Origin: Natronospirales bacterium
GTDB taxonomy: Bacteria; Pseudomonadota; Gammaproteobacteria; Natronospirales; REEB76
Length of the DNA stretch: 64,000 bases
Assembly (NCBI GenBank): GCA_021816765.1
Contig: JAKAXB010000001.1
Location: 170,929-234,928 of the forward strand
Direction of reading: 5' to 3'
Shown: positions 61,069 to 64,000 of the stretch, one piece after another
How the letters are laid out: the number at the start of each line of letters is the position of its first letter
Position numbering within the stretch: position 1 is the stretch's first letter
Translations under genes and position numbers: made by a program
The notes under the pieces: model-generated
Told to the model about the DNA's origin: nothing
The model's database searches: none
The model's input: the letters and a program-made list of their open reading frames with translations, nothing else

Positions 61069-61400
61069 GAAGTCACCCCAAGATGGAGAATATGTTGGAG
61101 AGCTAACAAGCACATGCAACGGATGCGCCACTTTGCCACGCCGCTGATGTGCAGCGTTGCATGCATAAGGTTCGTTATTACTTTGCTGAGCCTGATGAGA
61201 AGGGATTTTAGCTCAGGACTTTACCGACTCTTAATACAGGTTTGGTTGCAGTGGCATGGCGTATTCTGCTATTTCAATATGATGCGGTGGGTTACGGTTT
61301 CGCTAATCCGCCCTGCGTTTCATAGCATCAAACAAAGCCGATTGCTTGGATTATCCCTTCACCTATGCGGTGGCAGGGCTGAAAAACCGGAATAGCACGT

Positions 61401-61934
61401 CAGCCAGTGCGGCGTGTGGCCTTCACTGAAAACCACAAAGCCCGGTAGCGCTCTTGGAAACCCCCGTCGGAGCGTGCCGTAGCGCTGCTGCGAGCAAGGC
61501 TGGCCCGAAGGGGCGAAGCCAGGGATGGCGAGCTCGCGCGAAGGGCCACGGATGGCCCGTGAGCGCGACCCCGCAGCGCAGCAAGGCGCGAGGGAAGCCG
61601 CGAAGCGGCCGCGCGACCGGGGCGATTTCCTTTGGATACTTTCCTTGTTCGCACAAGGAAAGTATCACGCTTGCCGGTGCGCGATGTACATGGATGTACA
61701 AGTGTCGCGGGAGGCAGGATGCCGGAAGCGACGGAACCGGTACAAATCACGCGGCCGAAGGGCACACAAAATATGGGAGTCAAGTATATAACTCCCTTTC
61801 TTTTCGTCCATTTTCTTGTCGCGCAACAAGAAAATGGACTCGTCGCAGGGGCGAGCCGCACTGCGATGAGCGCCCGGCTAAAAATCGCCGGGCTGGAACG
61901 CGAAAGCCCCGTCAATTCCCGCGGCGAAGCCGCT
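61401..61934. repeat. Hairpin-rich modular repeat, copy R (inverted relative to copy L, with rearranged modules)
   Basis: The 68-bp core at 61673-61740 is the exact reverse complement of 58946-59013. 13-bp-stem hairpins at 61635-61666 and 61806-61839, plus GGGCCACGGATGGCCC (61543-61558). Both outer ends share CGGCTTCGCCGC..GGAATTGA. Both inner ends share GGGGTTWCCAAGAGCG and ACGCCGCAC.GGCTGA. Confidence 0.9.
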
Positions 61935-61942
61935 AACAACAT

Positions 61943-63886
61943 TCAAGTAATCTGTTCCATCTGCTCATGCAATTCCAACCAACGTTCTTCAATTTCCGCA
62001 AGCCGTCCATTTACTTGCGCCCGCTCCCGCAAACTCCCGGTCAATAGCGCCTTGTTCTTGTCTTTATAAGTCGCCGGGTCGGCCAGCACGGCTTCCAGCC
62101 GGGCCTTTTCTGCGCTGAGCCGTTCCAGTTCCTGGTCGAGACGGGTCAACTCGTTTTGCAGCGGCTTGCGTTGCTGTGCAAGCCGCTGGCGTTGTGCTGC
62201 CTCGGCGCGCCGCTCTTGCTTGCGGTTGACGGCGGGGGTGGCCTCACCCCTGCCGTCGGCGGCCGCTGTTTTCTCCTCCGCCAGTGCCGCCGCGCGTTTG
62301 GCGGCGGCCTGGGCGAGCAGCCAGTCGCGATATTCCTCCAGGTCGCCGTCGAAGGCCTGCAGCCCGCCGTGGGCCACCAGCAGGAACTGCTCGGTGGTGG
62401 CGCGCAGCAGAAAACGGTCGTGGGATACCAATATAAGGGTGCCTTCGAATTCCGCCAGCGCCAGGGTCAGGGCATGGCGCGTCTCCAGATCCAGATTGTT
62501 GGTGGGTTCGTCCAGCAGCAGCAGATTGGGCTGTTGCCAGATGATGAGCGCCAGCGCGAGGCGTGCCTTTTCGCCGCCGGAGAACGGCCCTACGGGAGCC
62601 CTGGTCATGTCACCGCGGAAATGGAACGAACCCAGGTAATCCCTCAGCTCCTGCTCACGCGTATCGGGCGCGAGGCGCAACAAGTGTTGCAGCGGCGAAG
62701 TCTCCGCGTGCAGCATCTCCAGTTGATGCTGGGCAAAGTAGCCGATGCGCAATCCCTTGCCGCGCCGTACCTCACCCGCGAGCGGCTCAAGCGTGCCGGC
62801 CAGGGTCTTTACCAGGGTGGATTTTCCCTGGCCGTTGGCGCCGAGAAGGCCGATACGCTGGCCGTCCTGGATAGACAGGCTCACGCCGGTCAGCACGCTG
62901 CGTTCGCCATGTTGTGTGTGATAGCCGCAATTCACATCCTCCAGCACCAGCATGGGGTTGGGCACGGATAGCGGCGCAAGGAAACTGAAGCTGAACGCCG
63001 AGGCCGCGTGCACCGGCGCGACGCGTTCCAGTTTCTCCAGCGTCTTGATACGGCTCTGAGCCTGACGTGCCTTGGTGGCTTTGTACCGGAACCGGTCGAT
63101 GTAACTCTGCAGATGGCCGATGTGTTTCTGCTGTTTCTCAAATGTCGCCTGCTGCAGCGCGAGCTGTGCGGCGCGCTGCATCTCGAACTGGCTGTAGTTG
63201 CCGTTGTAACGCTGCAGTTTGCCAGCATGGATGTGCAGCGTGACATCGCAGACAGCGTCCAGGAACTCGCGGTCGTGGGAAACAACCACGAGCGTGCCGG
63301 GGTAACGTTGCAGCCAGGTTTCCAGCCACACGATAGCGTCCAGATCCAGATGATTGGTGGGTTCGTCCAGCAGCAATAAATCGGAAGGGCACATGAGCGC
63401 CTGCGCAAGGCTCAGGCGCATGCGCCAGCCGCCGGAGAAACTGACTACCGGCTGGCGGGTTTGCCCCAGCGTGAAACCGAGTCCCAGCAGCAGCGCCTCC
63501 GCCCGCGCTGGAGCCGTGTAGCCGTCCGCGTCGGCAAAGGCGGTATGCGCTTCGGCTTCGGCGTGGCCGTCATGAACTGTCCGGGCGGCGGCGATGCGCG
63601 CCTCGATGGCGCGCAATCGGGTGTCGCCGTCCAGTACGTAATCGAGGGCCGTACGTTGCACACCCGGCATGTCCTGCATCACATAGGCGATGCGCCACGA
63701 CGGCGGCAGCGAGACGTCGCCGCCGTCGGCGTGCAGTTCACCGCGCAGCAAGGCGAACAGCGTGGACTTGCCCGCGCCGTTGGCACCCACCAGGCCGGCC
63801 TTTTCACCGGAGTTGAGTACGGCACTGGCCTGTTCGAACAGTACCCTGGTGCCGCGTTGCAGTGAGAGAGACTGGATGCGTATCAA
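61943..63886 (-). CDS. yheS: ABC-F family ATPase (YheS-like, two ABC domains plus C-terminal coiled coil)
   Basis: Collinear with E. coli YheS as I recall it (IRIQSLSLQRG..GLVGANGAGKSTLF.., FSGGWRMRL.., second GLLGANGQGKSTL, FSGGEKARL). TTG 63886 is the proposed start. The ORF remains open to the window end, so the true start could lie further upstream. Confidence 0.85.
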   Translation of the reverse strand: MIRIQSLSLQRGTRVLFEQASAVLNSGEKAGLVGANGAGKSTLFALLRGELHADGGDVSLPPSWRIAYVMQDMPGVQRTALDYVLDGDTRLRAIEARIAAARTVHDGHAEAEAHTAFADADGYTAPARAEALLLGLGFTLGQTRQPVVSFSGGWRMRLSLAQALMCPSDLLLLDEPTNHLDLDAIVWLETWLQRYPGTLVVVSHDREFLDAVCDVTLHIHAGKLQRYNGNYSQFEMQRAAQLALQQATFEKQQKHIGHLQSYIDRFRYKATKARQAQSRIKTLEKLERVAPVHAASAFSFSFLAPLSVPNPMLVLEDVNCGYHTQHGERSVLTGVSLSIQDGQRIGLLGANGQGKSTLVKTLAGTLEPLAGEVRRGKGLRIGYFAQHQLEMLHAETSPLQHLLRLAPDTREQELRDYLGSFHFRGDMTRAPVGPFSGGEKARLALALIIWQQPNLLLLDEPTNNLDLETRHALTLALAEFEGTLILVSHDRFLLRATTEQFLLVAHGGLQAFDGDLEEYRDWLLAQAAAKRAAALAEEKTAAADGRGEATPAVNRKQERRAEAAQRQRLAQQRKPLQNELTRLDQELERLSAEKARLEAVLADPATYKDKNKALLTGSLRERAQVNGRLAEIEERWLELHEQMEQIT

Positions 63887-64000
63887 ATGCCATTCGACCT
63901 TGCAGCTTTCTCCGGCGACGGCCACCGGGGCGCAGGATTGTACGCTGCTCCGCCCGCCGCCGGTATCCGCCGGACCAGGCAACAGCGCTTGAGTCTGCAA

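Noticed and set aside
61114-61395. A 93-aa ORF downstream of the CoiA-like gene as a third cassette gene.
   Set aside because: The peptide is hydrophobic and Cys-rich with no RBS. Its 3' half translates a REP-like palindrome of a different family (GGTGGGTTACGGTTTCGCTAATCCGCCCTGCG), a well-known source of spurious ORFs. It might still be a small membrane protein, but support is insufficient.

Overview
High-GC proteobacterial (gammaproteobacteria-like synteny) chromosome segment; the species cannot be named from sequence alone. The core backbone is easy to read. (1) 1-18.5 kb holds the dcw cluster ftsI(partial)-murE-murF-mraY-murD-ftsW-murG-murC-ftsQ-ftsA-ftsZ, then lpxC, a DUF721/DciA-like gene, an M23 peptidase and secA. 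murC runs directly into ftsQ, so ddl is missing from its usual place. (2) 20-26.6 kb holds a mutT/thiE-like Nudix fusion, yacG, zapD, coaE and pilD-pilC-pilB. (3) 48.2-58.9 kb holds pilR-pilS, sucC-sucD, nadE, bamD, a lipoprotein, rluD and pgeF. (4) 61.9-64 kb holds a yheS-like ABC-F ATPase. Four accessory blocks interrupt this backbone. (a) 18.6-19.9 kb: a translationally coupled AbiEii-like nucleotidyltransferase plus a small wHTH protein in non-canonical order. (b) 26.6-47.3 kb: an AT-richer glycan island wedged between pilB and two tandem sigma54-driven pilin genes. It carries 2 GT4 and 1 GT2 glycosyltransferases, a Wzx-like flippase and a six-gene CDP-sugar pathway predicted to make a C-methylated, O-methylated 6-deoxy-L-hexose (vinelose-like). 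It also carries a GtrB-like polyprenyl-phosphate glycosyltransferase, a Phd antitoxin with a decayed VapC, and two paralogous GT-C/TPR membrane glycosyltransferases directly downstream of the pilins. I read this as a candidate dedicated, previously uncharacterised pilin glycosylation system. (c) A REP-associated tyrosine transposase (RAYT) is embedded in tandem REPIN arrays with 101-bp and 84-bp periods. Further REPINs lie inside the sucC-sucD spacer and after nadE. (d) 58.9-61.9 kb: a low-GC 2-kb cassette encodes a CoiA-like zinc-finger/PD-(D/E)xK nuclease with a Cys-rich C-terminal domain and a divergent 131-aa ORF. It is bracketed by about 0.5-kb hairpin-rich modular repeats in inverted orientation that share a 68/68-bp perfect inverted core. 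Most other long ORFs in the six-frame track are antisense shadows typical of high-GC DNA.
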